DNA of 64,000 nucleotides from an uncultured Ectothiorhodospiraceae bacterium (GCA_947258845.1 CAMYJZ010000001.1:226-64225), one strand, 5' to 3'; positions 32,014-42,199 are shown, counted from the first letter of the stretch. Notes: a model not told the origin generated them from the sequence alone. Numbers and translations are program-made.

Positions 32014-33234
32014 ATGAAATCGAGAATCATTGCATTGGCATTATTCATATCCACCGCCGCCGGCGTGGCCCTCTATCCGGCCTACCAGAGTGCGGGGACC
32101 CTGATTCAACCGGCAGTCGATCCAGTCACGATTAACCTGCCGCCCGTTGATCCGCAGACCAATGAGCGGCCCCGGGTAGAGGTCGTGTTCGTGCTGGACA
32201 CCACCGGCAGCATGGGCGGGCTGATCCAGACCGCCAGGGAGAAGATCTGGTCGATTGCCACCACCATGGCATCGGCGCAACCGGCGCCCGACATCCACAT
32301 GGGCCTGGTTGCCTACCGTGACCGTGGTGATTCCTACGTGACCCGGGTGGTGGACCTCTCGGATGACCTGGATTCCGTGTATGCCAGCCTGATGGATTTT
32401 CGGGCCGAGGGTGGTGGTGACGGGCCGGAAAGCGTAAACCAGGCCCTGCATGACGCGCTCCACAAGATCTCCTGGAGCCAGGACAGGCAGGCCTATCAGG
32501 TGGTGTTCCTGGTCGGTGACGCACCGCCGCACATGGACTACCAGGACGACATCAAGTACCCGGAGACCCTGGCGGCCGCCACGGCCAGGGGCATTGCGGT
32601 GAATACCATCCAGTGCGGCCATAACGGTTCGGCGAAGCAGGACTGGGAACGGATTGCCGGGCTCGGTCACGGTCGCTACTTCCAGGTGGAACAGGCGGGC
32701 GGTGCCGTGGCGATCGCCACGCCCTTCGACGAGAAACTCGCGCGCCTCTCGGCCATGCTGGACGCTACGCGGCTTTACTACGGCACGGACGAGGAGAAGG
32801 CAAAACAGCGCCTCAAGCTGGATGCGTCTGACAAGCTGCATGCGGCCTCATCGGTCGAATCCCGCGCCCGCAGGGCGGCATTCAATGTCTCGGCGAGCGG
32901 CGCGTCCAACTTTCTCGGTGATGGCGAGCTGGTCGATGATGTGACCAGCGGGCGCATCGAGCTGTCCGGTATCGACAGGGACAGCTTGCCGGAACCGCTG
33001 CAGGCCATGGCGCCGGTAGAGCAGGAGGCGTTGATCAGCGAGACGGCCGCGCGTCGTGACACGCTACGGCGCGAGGTACAGGAGCTGGCGGAGCAGCGCT
33101 CGGCCTACCTTGAAAAGAAGGTCGATGAACTCGGCGGGGCGCGGGATTCGCTGGACCACAAGATCTACAGCGCGGTGCGGGAGCAGGCCGGCAAGCTGGG
33201 TCTGCATTACGAGGCCGACGCACCCGACTACTGA
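32014..33234 (+). CDS. secreted von Willebrand factor type A (vWA) domain protein with C-terminal coiled coil
   Basis: Signal peptide MKSRIIALALFISTAAGVA; MIDAS-like VVFVLDTTGSMGG; strong AGGAGGT RBS. Confidence 0.8.
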   Translation: MKSRIIALALFISTAAGVALYPAYQSAGTLIQPAVDPVTINLPPVDPQTNERPRVEVVFVLDTTGSMGGLIQTAREKIWSIATTMASAQPAPDIHMGLVAYRDRGDSYVTRVVDLSDDLDSVYASLMDFRAEGGGDGPESVNQALHDALHKISWSQDRQAYQVVFLVGDAPPHMDYQDDIKYPETLAAATARGIAVNTIQCGHNGSAKQDWERIAGLGHGRYFQVEQAGGAVAIATPFDEKLARLSAMLDATRLYYGTDEEKAKQRLKLDASDKLHAASSVESRARRAAFNVSASGASNFLGDGELVDDVTSGRIELSGIDRDSLPEPLQAMAPVEQEALISETAARRDTLRREVQELAEQRSAYLEKKVDELGGARDSLDHKIYSAVREQAGKLGLHYEADAPDY

Positions 33235-33333
33235 GTCGGTTCGTCCCGTGCACGGCCCGGTGGCAATACCGGGCCGTGCGCTTGACGGCTATAATCACAC
33301 CCGACAGCAGCAAGTGCAGAACAGGATCAGCTT

Positions 33334-33711
33334 ATGAGCGACATGATGGCGGTTTTCCTCAACGGGATCGCGCAGCTGGAATATGACCGCAGCAGGCCGC
33401 TGCCGGATCACCAGGCGGTCTACCTGGAGAAGATGGATGCGAGGATGGCGGCAGGCATCCGTGTCGGCGAGGAGACCATCGAACACCCCGACGAGAACCA
33501 GCGTGCCCGGTTCGTGGCCGCCAACCTGCTGCATGCCATCAAGAGTAATAATGAATCCATGGCCGCCGCCCTGTGCAGCTATCTGGCGACCCGCCTGCCC
33601 GAGCTGAAGCAGGTCAGGTTCGATGAAAACGGGGGTGACGTCGCCATCGAATTAATCTTTGACCAGGACTACCGCAAACAGGTCGCTGTTGATTTTACCC
33701 ATCTCCACTGA
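33334..33711 (+). CDS. hypothetical protein (125 aa)
   Basis: ORF track; coding-like composition. Confidence 0.5.
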   Translation: MSDMMAVFLNGIAQLEYDRSRPLPDHQAVYLEKMDARMAAGIRVGEETIEHPDENQRARFVAANLLHAIKSNNESMAAALCSYLATRLPELKQVRFDENGGDVAIELIFDQDYRKQVAVDFTHLH

Positions 33712-33919
33712 GGCCTGATCGGCCTGGACCCGGTCCATGTTCTTGCGTCACAGCAGCCTCGCTAGGCTGAGCCCTGTGCAGTAGTACCGGCACGCCCCGC
33801 GACGAGCCTGCCCGGTTAAAGAAATACCCTGCCGGACCGATGTTTTCCCTGTACGTAAATATGCGTATTCCTGTTTCAGGCAGGGATATCTGCTTCAGTA
33901 TCAAAAAGGAAAGAAAATT

Positions 33920-36277
33920 GTGATCGGTGTCACAAAAACACACCCGGGGACGGACTGTATTGGGTCCCTCATGCCGGAGAAGCGTCTGCACCGGCTGCTC
34001 GTATCCTTCGTAGTGGCCCTGCTGTATGTGGCCTCGGCCGAGCTGGGCCTGCAACTGGCGGTGGTGCACGGCAACGTGACGGCCGTGTGGCCGCCCACGG
34101 GTATCGCCCTGGCGGCCCTGCTGCTGCTGGGGACCTGGGTGTGGCCCGCCATCGCGGCGGCTGCCTTCCTGGTCAACCTCCTGAACGATACACCGTGGCT
34201 GACCTCACTGCTGATAACCGCGGGCAATACCCTGGCCTTGCTGGTGGGTGCGCGCCTGGTCAGTCATTTCGCCGGGGACTGCAACCCGCTGGGGAGCTGC
34301 AAGGGCCTGGTGATGCTCGCGGCCGGGGGTGCCATGGCCGCCACAACCCTGAGCGCCACGATCGGTGTAACTGCACTGGTCGCATCGGGGCTTGCACCGG
34401 TCGATGGCTCCGCAGAGATCTGGCTGACCTGGTGGCTGGGCGACGCCGCGGGCGTGATCGTGTTTGCCCCCCTGTTGCTGGCCTGGGGACGGAATCCGGT
34501 AGTCAGCTGGAAAGGCTCGCGGATGATTGAGGGCCTTGCCTTGGCGAGTACCCTGATCATCGTCTCACAGATCGTGTTCAGCGGCTGGTTTCCGACCGGC
34601 GCCGGCAATCATCCGCTTGCCTTCATGATGCTGCCGGTCCTGCTCTGGTCGGCAATGCGTTTCGGTCGGCGTGGTACCACCCTGGCGATTGTGACCGTGT
34701 CACTGCATGCGATCTGGGGCACGGTTCAGGGATACGGCCCATTCGTGCATCACGATCTGAATGAGTCCCTGTTGATGTTGCAGGCCTTCATGAGCGTTAC
34801 CTGTCTGACTTCCCTGATGCTGGCCATCGTATTGCATGAACGCAAACTCGCGCAGCAGCGACTCGTACAACACCAATCTGGAATTGAGCGGCGCATAGCA
34901 GACAGGACCCGGGACCTGGTGGATGCAAACAGGCAATTGCTGCGGGAGATGCACCTGCGTGCACAGGGTCATGATATGGTGGTCAGCCTCGGGCGGATAC
35001 TCGAGGAGTCGCGCAATGAAATCTACATATTTGATGCAGATAACCTGAAATTCATCAACGTCAACCAGGGGGCGCGCCTTAACCTCGGTTATACCATGAG
35101 CGAACTGGCCGGTATGACACCGGTCGATATCAAGCCTGAAATGACCCGGAAAGCATTTGAACGGCACCTGGCGCCGCTGCGGGACGGCAGCCTGGAACGC
35201 CTGTATTTCGAGACCGTGCACCGCCGCAAGGATGGCAGCCGCTACCCGGTGGAGGTGCACCTGCAGCTTGCCAGTCTCGGGCCGCGGCGCGTGTTTACAG
35301 CCATGATTTTGGATATCAGCCAGCGCCGCGAGTTCGGTGTGAAGCTGCGGCAGGCGGCAACCGTTTTCGATAACTCCAACGAAGGTGTCATGGTGACTGA
35401 CGCCGACCGTAATATCACTGCAGTCAACCGGGCATTCACCGGGATTACCGGGCACGACGGGGCGGACCTGCTCGGCAAGAAGACCGATGTCCTGAGATCC
35501 GACCGGCACGGCCAGGCGTTCTTTGAAGGCATCTATGCCGAGCTGCACGAACGCGGGCGCTGGCAGGGCGAGATCTGGCACCGTCGCGAAAACGGTGAAG
35601 CCCACCCGCACTGGACCAGTATCAGCGAGGTCCGCAATGAAGCCGGATCGGTCACCAATTACGTGTATCTGTTTACCGATATCGCCGCCATAGAGGGCAT
35701 CCAGGCGCGCGTGAAGTACCTGGCCTACCATGATCCATTGACCCATCTTCCCAACCGGACACTGTTTGACGACCGTCTCACCCACGCCCTGCACAACACC
35801 CGGCGATCCGGCAAGCGGGTGGCCGTGCTGTTCCTCGATCTGGATGGCTTCAAGGATATCAATGACAGCCTTGGCCACCTTTCGGGCGACGAATTGCTGC
35901 AGCAGGTGGCAGAGCGGCTGGTAATCTCGGTACGCGAGACAGATACCGTCACGCGCTACGGTGGCGATGAGTTCACCATCATTCTCGAGGGAATAGAGGC
36001 CATGGAGAACGTGGTCAGTATCTCCGAGAGGATCCTCTACGAGATTCAAAAACCCTTCATCATCGGCGGCCATGAGCGGCGAATCTCCACCAGCATCGGG
36101 GTTAGCGTGTATCCCGAAGATGGCCGGGACCAGCATGCCCTGATCGAACGTGCCGATGCCGCCATGTACCTGGCGAAGCATGCTGGCGGCAACCGCTTCA
36201 GCTTCTACCTCGACACCCCGGCGCCGCTTGCAGGCCGGGACCGTGCAGGGGATACTGAAACCGGTCCGCGTCAATAA
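33920..36277 (+). CDS. MASE1-PAS-PAS-GGDEF diguanylate cyclase
   Basis: N-terminal multi-TM MASE1-like region, two PAS-like segments and GGDEF (RYGGDEFTIIL). A GTG start at 33920 or ATG 33971 (MPEKRLH) is possible. Confidence 0.85.
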   Translation: MIGVTKTHPGTDCIGSLMPEKRLHRLLVSFVVALLYVASAELGLQLAVVHGNVTAVWPPTGIALAALLLLGTWVWPAIAAAAFLVNLLNDTPWLTSLLITAGNTLALLVGARLVSHFAGDCNPLGSCKGLVMLAAGGAMAATTLSATIGVTALVASGLAPVDGSAEIWLTWWLGDAAGVIVFAPLLLAWGRNPVVSWKGSRMIEGLALASTLIIVSQIVFSGWFPTGAGNHPLAFMMLPVLLWSAMRFGRRGTTLAIVTVSLHAIWGTVQGYGPFVHHDLNESLLMLQAFMSVTCLTSLMLAIVLHERKLAQQRLVQHQSGIERRIADRTRDLVDANRQLLREMHLRAQGHDMVVSLGRILEESRNEIYIFDADNLKFINVNQGARLNLGYTMSELAGMTPVDIKPEMTRKAFERHLAPLRDGSLERLYFETVHRRKDGSRYPVEVHLQLASLGPRRVFTAMILDISQRREFGVKLRQAATVFDNSNEGVMVTDADRNITAVNRAFTGITGHDGADLLGKKTDVLRSDRHGQAFFEGIYAELHERGRWQGEIWHRRENGEAHPHWTSISEVRNEAGSVTNYVYLFTDIAAIEGIQARVKYLAYHDPLTHLPNRTLFDDRLTHALHNTRRSGKRVAVLFLDLDGFKDINDSLGHLSGDELLQQVAERLVISVRETDTVTRYGGDEFTIILEGIEAMENVVSISERILYEIQKPFIIGGHERRISTSIGVSVYPEDGRDQHALIERADAAMYLAKHAGGNRFSFYLDTPAPLAGRDRAGDTETGPRQ

Positions 36278-36463
36278 TACCCCTGAAATAAAGTAAGCAT
36301 ACCGGTCACACCTATCTGGCATAAGCTCCTCACAAGCGCGCTCATCTACCTGCCGGCATTCTGGCTGTGCGGCCCTGCCCACGGCGAAACTCGCCTGTCG
36401 GGTAATGTCGCCTACTACAACGGCCCGCTATCGCTGCAGGATAACCGCCGTCTCTTTGCCGCC

Positions 36464-37048
36464 GTGGCCAACCGGCCGGTCAGGCGGCTGGTGATCAATT
36501 CCGGCGGTGGCGAGGTGGAGGCGGGCATCGCCCTGGGAAGGTGGGTCTTCAGGCAGCGGCTGGATGTGGAAGTGCCCGGGTATTGCCTTTCATCCTGTGC
36601 CAACTATGTCTTCCCGGCGGCCGGCCGCAAGTTTATCGCCCCCGGTGCCGTGGTTGCCTGGCACGGGAATTACCATCACCTGAAGGCGACCGGCCTGTGG
36701 ACGGATGACATCGCCGCTCGCATGCAACGTCATGGCGAGGACGCCGTGACGGCACGTGGCAAGGCGCGTGCGGAGATGGAGCGACTGGTGCAACTGGAGC
36801 GGGCGTTCTTCGCGGACATCGGGGTCGATGAGTATCTTTGCTGGATCGGAAAGATGCCACCGTATAATGTCCCAAACTATTATTTCCTTTCGCGCGAGGA
36901 CATGGCAGGATTCGGTGTCACACAGGTACAGACACCACCCGGCTACGAACACACGGATGTCACGGGCCTCGACGCGTCGGTTGAATTCATCAGTCTGAAT
37001 AGCGCGCTTGCATCAGGCAAGCGCCAGGGCGGTGGCGAACGCCGTTGA
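36464..37048 (+). CDS. periplasmic ClpP/crotonase-fold protein (COG3904-like); true start unresolved
   Basis: RRLVINSGGGEVEAGIALGRWVFRQRLDVEVPGYCLSSCANYVF is typical of the COG3904 / ClpP-class periplasmic family. The reading frame stays open upstream to the stop at 36284..36286 and encodes a signal-peptide-like LLTSALIYLPAFWLCGPAHG, but with no ATG/GTG/TTG in frame. Confidence 0.5.
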   Translation: MANRPVRRLVINSGGGEVEAGIALGRWVFRQRLDVEVPGYCLSSCANYVFPAAGRKFIAPGAVVAWHGNYHHLKATGLWTDDIAARMQRHGEDAVTARGKARAEMERLVQLERAFFADIGVDEYLCWIGKMPPYNVPNYYFLSREDMAGFGVTQVQTPPGYEHTDVTGLDASVEFISLNSALASGKRQGGGERR

Positions 37049-37107
37049 CGCCGCTAGCGTATCTGTAACCGGTATATCTGTACTGGACACTAACAGGGGA
37101 TCTGCGG

Positions 37108-38403
37108 ATGGGCGAGCATACTGTAACCGTTATCGATAACCGGACCGGCAAGCAGATCGAACTGCCAGTCAGGCAGTCAAGCCAGGGACCGGACGCGGTG
37201 GATATCGGCCGGTTCCTGCGCGAGACCGGCTATTTCACCTATGATCCCGGCTTCCTGTCCACGGCCAGTTGCCACAGCCGGCTGACCTACCTGGACGGGA
37301 AACAGGGCATGCTGCAATACCGCGGTTACCCGATTGAGCAGCTGGCGGAACACAGCAGTTTTATCGAGGTCGCCTACCTGATGTTGTGCGGCGAGTTGCC
37401 CAACCAGGCCCAGCTTGATGGTTTCCAGGATACCATCACGCATCACAGCATGCTGAACGAGTCGCTGAAGGGATTTTTCCGCGGTTTCTACCACGATGCA
37501 CATCCGATGGCGATCATGGTGGGCGTGGTAGGTTCCCTGTCGGCCTTCTACCACGATTCCACCGATATCAATAATCCCAAGCACCGCGAGATCGCCGCAC
37601 ACCGCATGATCGCGAAGATGCCGAGCATTGCTGCGGCGAGTTACAAGCACTCCATCGGCGAGCCCCAGGTCTATCCCGACAACTCCCTGAGTTATACGGG
37701 CAATCTGCTGAACATGATGTTCAGCGTGCCCTGCGAGGAATACGAGATCGATCCGGTTGCGGAGCGGGCCCTGGATCTGATCTTCATCCTGCATGCCGAT
37801 CATGAACAGAATGCCAGTACCTCCACCGTGCGCCTGGCAGGCAGTTCCGGCGCCAATCCCTTTGCCTGTATCGCCTCCGGTATAGCGGCGCTTTGGGGGC
37901 CGGCGCACGGCGGTGCCAACGAGGCCGTGCTGACCATGCTGGACGAGATCGGCGATGTCGGCAGTGTGCCGAAGTACCTGGATCGTGCCAAGGACCGTAA
38001 CGATCCGTTCCGCCTGATGGGTTTCGGCCATCGCGTCTACAAGAACTACGATCCGCGCGCACGCATCATCCGCAAGATGTGCCACGAGGTGCTGGAAAAA
38101 CTCGGCAAGGGCGATGACCCGATGTTCGAGCTGGCGCTGCGCCTGGAGGAGATAGCCCGCAGCGACGAGTATTTCATTCAGCGCAATCTCTACCCGAACG
38201 TGGACTTCTACTCGGGTCTCATCTACAAGGCGCTGGGTATACCGACAAATATGTTCACGGTGATGTTCGCCATTGCGCGTACCGTGGGCTGGGTGGCCCA
38301 GTGGATGGAGATGATCGGCGAGGAGGACCAGCGCATCGGCCGGCCGCGGCAGTTATACGTGGGGGCGAAACAGCGCGATTACCAGCCGCTGGCGGAACGT
38401 TAG
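37108..38403 (+). CDS. gltA: citrate synthase (type II)
   Basis: 431 aa; [14 protein letters not shown] and ...[15 protein letters not shown]... signatures. Confidence 0.9.
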   Translation: MGEHTVTVIDNRTGKQIELPVRQSSQGPDAVDIGRFLRETGYFTYDPGFLSTASCHSRLTYLDGKQGMLQYRGYPIEQLAEHSSFIEVAYLMLCGELPNQAQLDGFQDTITHHSMLNESLKGFFRGFYHDAHPMAIMVGVVGSLSAFYHDSTDINNPKHREIAAHRMIAKMPSIAAASYKHSIGEPQVYPDNSLSYTGNLLNMMFSVPCEEYEIDPVAERALDLIFILHADHEQNASTSTVRLAGSSGANPFACIASGIAALWGPAHGGANEAVLTMLDEIGDVGSVPKYLDRAKDRNDPFRLMGFGHRVYKNYDPRARIIRKMCHEVLEKLGKGDDPMFELALRLEEIARSDEYFIQRNLYPNVDFYSGLIYKALGIPTNMFTVMFAIARTVGWVAQWMEMIGEEDQRIGRPRQLYVGAKQRDYQPLAER

Positions 38404-38420
38404 CAGCGCCGTGCCCGCAC

Positions 38421-39827
38421 CTAGCGGATCACGATATACAGTGCGCCGTTGCCGCGGCGGATATTCATCAACAGGGCGTCCGGGTTGCGCTTGACCGCCA
38501 CGGCGACATCGTCCACCGATTGCAGCGCCTGCTGGTTGATCGACACAATGATGTCGTCTGCGCGCAGGCCGGACGACCAGGCCGGGCTGCCGTGATCCAC
38601 CTCCAGTACCTGAACACCTTCCACCTGTCCCGCCAGTGCATGATTGTCCTGGATGTCGCCGAGAATGGCACCGGCCAGATGCCGGCTCGATTCACCCGCG
38701 GCGGTGGCGGTTTCCAGCGGGTCTGCTATTACCGCATGCAGCGTCAGCGGTCTGCCCTTGCGCAGCACGTCGAGTCGCACCCGGGCCCCCACGCGCAGCA
38801 GGCCGATGGCGTTGCGCAGATCGCCGGAACCGCTGACCGGGCGTTCGTTCAGGGCAACGATTACATCACCGGGCTGCAGGCCTGCTGCCGCGGCCGCCGA
38901 TCCAGGTGTCACCTGGGCGACAACGGCCCCGCGGCGCTGTTGACTGCCAAAGGCGCGCGCGAGCTCGGGTGTGAGGTCCTGCGCCACCAGCCCCAGTTGT
39001 CCGCGGCGCACCTTGCCGTATTCAGCCAGGTGCTCGATGATCGTCCGGGCCATGCTGCTGGGTATGGCGAAGCCGATACCGATGTTGCCGCCGCTGGGGC
39101 CGACGATGGCCGTGTTGATCCCGGTCAGTTCACCGCGCATGTTCACCAGTGGACCTCCGGAATTGCCGGGATTGATGGAGGCGTCGGTCTGGATGAAGTC
39201 CTCGTAGCCCTCGATACCCAGATCGGTGCGTCCCAGCGCACTGACGATGCCGTAGGTGACGGTTTGCCCGAGTCCGAAAGGATTGCCGATCGCCACCACG
39301 AAGTCGCCGACGCGCAGACGTTCCGAGTCTGCGATCTTCAGTGCCGTCAGTCCCTCGGCCTCGATGTGCAGCAGGGCCAGGTCCACTTCCGGATCCGAGC
39401 CCACCACCTCCGCAGTGAACTGGCGCTGGTCACGCAGCGTGATGGTGATTTGATCGGCGCCCTCGATCACGTGGTGATTGGTGAGGATGTAGCCCTTTGA
39501 TGCGTTGACGATCACACCCGATCCCAGGCTGTGCTGCTTGCGTTCCCGGCGTTGCTCGTCGTGCAGGTCAAAAAACCGCCGGAAAAAAGGGTCATCCAGC
39601 AGGGGGTGGCGCTGGACTTTAACCCGGGTACGGGTGGAGATATTGACTACCGCCGGCAACACCTGCTCCAGCATCGGCGCGATACTGTCGCCCGGTGGCG
39701 CCGTTCTGGCATCCGCGCCATTGACCAGGCCGCAAAGCAATACCAGTGCGGCCAGCAGGATCCTGCAGCCAAGGCTCGGTGTCAGCAGGCAAACGGCGGT
39801 GTCTTTCATGCGGGATACTCCTGTCAT
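38421..39827 (-). CDS. degP: periplasmic serine endoprotease DegP/DegQ (HtrA family, two PDZ domains)
   Basis: Signal peptide; catalytic triad context (HH, D, GNSGGPL); two PDZ regions. Confidence 0.9.
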   Translation of the reverse strand: MTGVSRMKDTAVCLLTPSLGCRILLAALVLLCGLVNGADARTAPPGDSIAPMLEQVLPAVVNISTRTRVKVQRHPLLDDPFFRRFFDLHDEQRRERKQHSLGSGVIVNASKGYILTNHHVIEGADQITITLRDQRQFTAEVVGSDPEVDLALLHIEAEGLTALKIADSERLRVGDFVVAIGNPFGLGQTVTYGIVSALGRTDLGIEGYEDFIQTDASINPGNSGGPLVNMRGELTGINTAIVGPSGGNIGIGFAIPSSMARTIIEHLAEYGKVRRGQLGLVAQDLTPELARAFGSQQRRGAVVAQVTPGSAAAAAGLQPGDVIVALNERPVSGSGDLRNAIGLLRVGARVRLDVLRKGRPLTLHAVIADPLETATAAGESSRHLAGAILGDIQDNHALAGQVEGVQVLEVDHGSPAWSSGLRADDIIVSINQQALQSVDDVAVAVKRNPDALLMNIRRGNGALYIVIR

Positions 39828-39839
39828 GTCCGCAATCTT

Positions 39840-40160
39840 CTACTGCAGGGTGATCTCCTGCACCAGCACCCAGGGCGCCACCACGATCGCCCAGAAGGCC
39901 GGATCCGTCCTGTTCCAGTGATGCGCATCGGCATCGCAGGCACGCCGGATGTTGCCCTGGCCGAGCCACTGCTCGACGCTGGCCCTGTCGTCCTGTGCGA
40001 AACGGCTTGCCACCTCGACCAGGTCCATGTCCCCGGACAGGATGATTACCACCCCGCGGGCGAAGTGGCGCTGCAACTCCGGCCAGCCCAGCCGGCCGGT
40101 TTCCAGATTGAGTTGCTGTCGCAGTCCTGCGTCATTGAGTTTGGCTGGCGTATCGGCCAT
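39840..40160 (-). CDS. DUF2288-family protein
   Basis: Trimmed to MADTPAKL...; family-like length of about 105 aa. Confidence 0.5.
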   Translation of the reverse strand: MADTPAKLNDAGLRQQLNLETGRLGWPELQRHFARGVVIILSGDMDLVEVASRFAQDDRASVEQWLGQGNIRRACDADAHHWNRTDPAFWAIVVAPWVLVQEITLQ

Positions 40161-40277
40161 GATTTGAATGCCTGGGTATACTGAAAGTTCCATTATACGT
40201 AACCGGAACGGGGGCAGTTTCCTCTTATGGTGTCCGGTTTTCCGTGCCGGCGTGCGTTATCTGTCTTCGGGGAAATC

Positions 40278-40676
40278 ATGTCTGCAGAACCAATGTGTCC
40301 CTGCGGGTCCGCCAGGGAATATGCTGCCTGTTGCGGACCCTATCACGCGCATGCCGCAGCTCCCGCTACGGCCGAGGCCCTGATGCGTTCACGCTATACC
40401 GCCTTTGTCCTGAGCGACGCGGCTTACCTGCTGGAGACCTGGCATGCCACGACCCGGCCGGCGGCACTGGACCCGGATCAGGCTGCCCGCTGGCTGGGTC
40501 TGAAGATTATCGCTTGCGCGGGAGGCGGCAGCCATGATCCTGACGGAACGGTCGAGTTCATTGCGCGCTACAAAATCGGAGGCCGGGCAGTGCGCCTGCA
40601 CGAGCTAAGTTACTTTCAAAAACAGGACGGGCGCTGGTTCTATGTCGATGGTAAAAATCCACGGGCTGCGAAATAA
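40278..40676 (+). CDS. ychJ: YchJ family protein (UPF0225, SEC-C motif)
   Basis: MSAEPMCPCGSAREYAACCGPYH and LMRSRYTAF... align with E. coli YchJ. Confidence 0.75.
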   Translation: MSAEPMCPCGSAREYAACCGPYHAHAAAPATAEALMRSRYTAFVLSDAAYLLETWHATTRPAALDPDQAARWLGLKIIACAGGGSHDPDGTVEFIARYKIGGRAVRLHELSYFQKQDGRWFYVDGKNPRAAK

Positions 40677-40704
40677 GGTGGCGGCAATCGCCGTCGCGTG
40701 AGCG

Positions 40705-41889
40705 ATGCAGAACTACGACGTGATCGTGATCGGCGGCGGTGCTGCGGGCCTGATGTGCGCACTGACTGCCGGGCAACGCGGTCGCCGGGTGCTGGTACTG
40801 GAACGCGCCAACAGGGTCGGCAAGAAGATCCTCATGTCCGGCGGCGGGCGCTGCAATTTCACCAACCTGCAGGTGACGCCGGAGCGTTTTCTGTCCGCCA
40901 ATCCGCATTTCTGCAAGTCAGCGCTGAGCCGCTATACCCAGCAGAACTTCATTGCACTGGTAGAGAGCCATGGCATTGCCTACCACGAGAAGACCCGCGG
41001 GCAGCTGTTCTGTGATGTTTCGTCGAAGCAGATACTGGCGATGCTGCTGGACGAATGCAGCAGCGCCGGTGTGGACATCCGCTCCAGCTGCGTGGTGGAG
41101 TCACTTGCAGACACTGAGGGCTTCCGGCTGGAGACCAGCCAGGGAAGCTTCACCGCCGGGGCGCTGGTGGTCGCCACCGGGGGGCTGTCGATTCCCTCCC
41201 TGGGTGGTTCGGACCTGGGCTACATGCTGGCCCGGCAATTCGGCCTCAGGGTGCAGCCGTTGCGCGCCGGGCTGGTTCCGCTGACCTTCACCGGCGCCTT
41301 CCATGAACTGTCGGCACGGCTGTCGGGGGTATCGCTGCGCGCCCGCGTCGGCAGTGCCGCCGGGTCCTTTGTCGATGACATCCTGTTTACCCACCACGGC
41401 CTGAGTGGTCCGGCGATATTGCAGTTGTCCAGTTACTGGCAACCGGGGGAGACGCTGCATCTGGACCTGCTGCCCGACCTGGAAATACCCGGCCTGCTGC
41501 TGTCATTCAAGCAGGACAGGTCGAGGGCGCTGCTGCGCACGCCGCTGGCCGGGTATCTGCCCACGAAACTGGTGAAGGAACTGGAGGCGCTGTGGTGGCC
41601 CGAACGGGCGCAGACGCCGCTGGCGGAGTGGCCCGACAAGTTTCTGAAGGATATCGCCGGGCACCTCGGGAACTGGGTGCTCAAGCCGGCGGGAACCGAG
41701 GGCTATCGCACGGCCGAGGTTACCCTGGGCGGTGTCGATACCCGTGAACTGTCCTCGCAGACCCTGGAGTGCAAAACCCGCCCGGGGCTTTATTTCATTG
41801 GCGAGGTGGTCGACGTCAGCGGCCACCTTGGGGGATTCAACTTCCAGTGGGCCTGGTCTTCAGGTTGGGTTGCAGGGCAGTATGTCTGA
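40705..41889 (+). CDS. NAD(P)/FAD-dependent oxidoreductase, YhiN/HI0933/BaiN family
   Basis: N-terminal DVIVIGGGAAGLMCA Rossmann motif; GKKILMSGGGRCNFTN; C-terminal GEVVDVSGHLGGFNFQWAWSSG. Confidence 0.85.
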   Translation: MQNYDVIVIGGGAAGLMCALTAGQRGRRVLVLERANRVGKKILMSGGGRCNFTNLQVTPERFLSANPHFCKSALSRYTQQNFIALVESHGIAYHEKTRGQLFCDVSSKQILAMLLDECSSAGVDIRSSCVVESLADTEGFRLETSQGSFTAGALVVATGGLSIPSLGGSDLGYMLARQFGLRVQPLRAGLVPLTFTGAFHELSARLSGVSLRARVGSAAGSFVDDILFTHHGLSGPAILQLSSYWQPGETLHLDLLPDLEIPGLLLSFKQDRSRALLRTPLAGYLPTKLVKELEALWWPERAQTPLAEWPDKFLKDIAGHLGNWVLKPAGTEGYRTAEVTLGGVDTRELSSQTLECKTRPGLYFIGEVVDVSGHLGGFNFQWAWSSGWVAGQYV

Positions 41890-41912
41890 GGCCTGCACAC
41901 CGGGGTGGGGAT

Positions 41913-42098
41913 ATGGGTGAAGTCGTCCGTTTCAAAAAGCCGAAGCTCGCGGACAAGGCAAGGGGCAAGACGCTGTGCAAACGGGGCTTCCACAAGTGGC
42001 TGGTTGACAAGGAGCGGCAGTTCGACGTCAAGCAGGGACGCCTGGTGACGGTATACCGCTGCAGCCGCTGCGGGGCCCTGAAGACCTTGGCGCATTAG
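41913..42098 (+). CDS. small Cys/His zinc-ribbon-like protein (61 aa)
   Basis: Internal ATG of track ORF 41769..42098; CKRGFHKW...CSRCG; high GC3; located just upstream of ahcY. Confidence 0.4.
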   Translation: MGEVVRFKKPKLADKARGKTLCKRGFHKWLVDKERQFDVKQGRLVTVYRCSRCGALKTLAH

Positions 42099-42199
42099 TG
42101 GATTGCTGAAAATATCGGTAAATTATCGCGTCTGCCGCCGACATCACCGCATTCTGTACATATACTTTTAACAGGAAGGGTGAACAGGAGCGGATCAGG

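Noticed and set aside
34700-36382. 560-aa minus-strand ORF over the GGDEF gene
   Set aside because: Antisense to a MASE1-PAS-GGDEF protein with an intact GGDEF motif; no domains of its own.
37177-39500. ORFs 37177..38085 (-) and 38301..39500 (+) overlapping gltA and degP
   Set aside because: Shadow ORFs of two highly conserved housekeeping genes.
42099-42199. Possible SAH riboswitch upstream of ahcY
   Set aside because: The approximately 100-nt leader is AT-rich and promoter-like. I could not find the conserved SAH-riboswitch pseudoknot segments by eye; a covariance-model search would be decisive.
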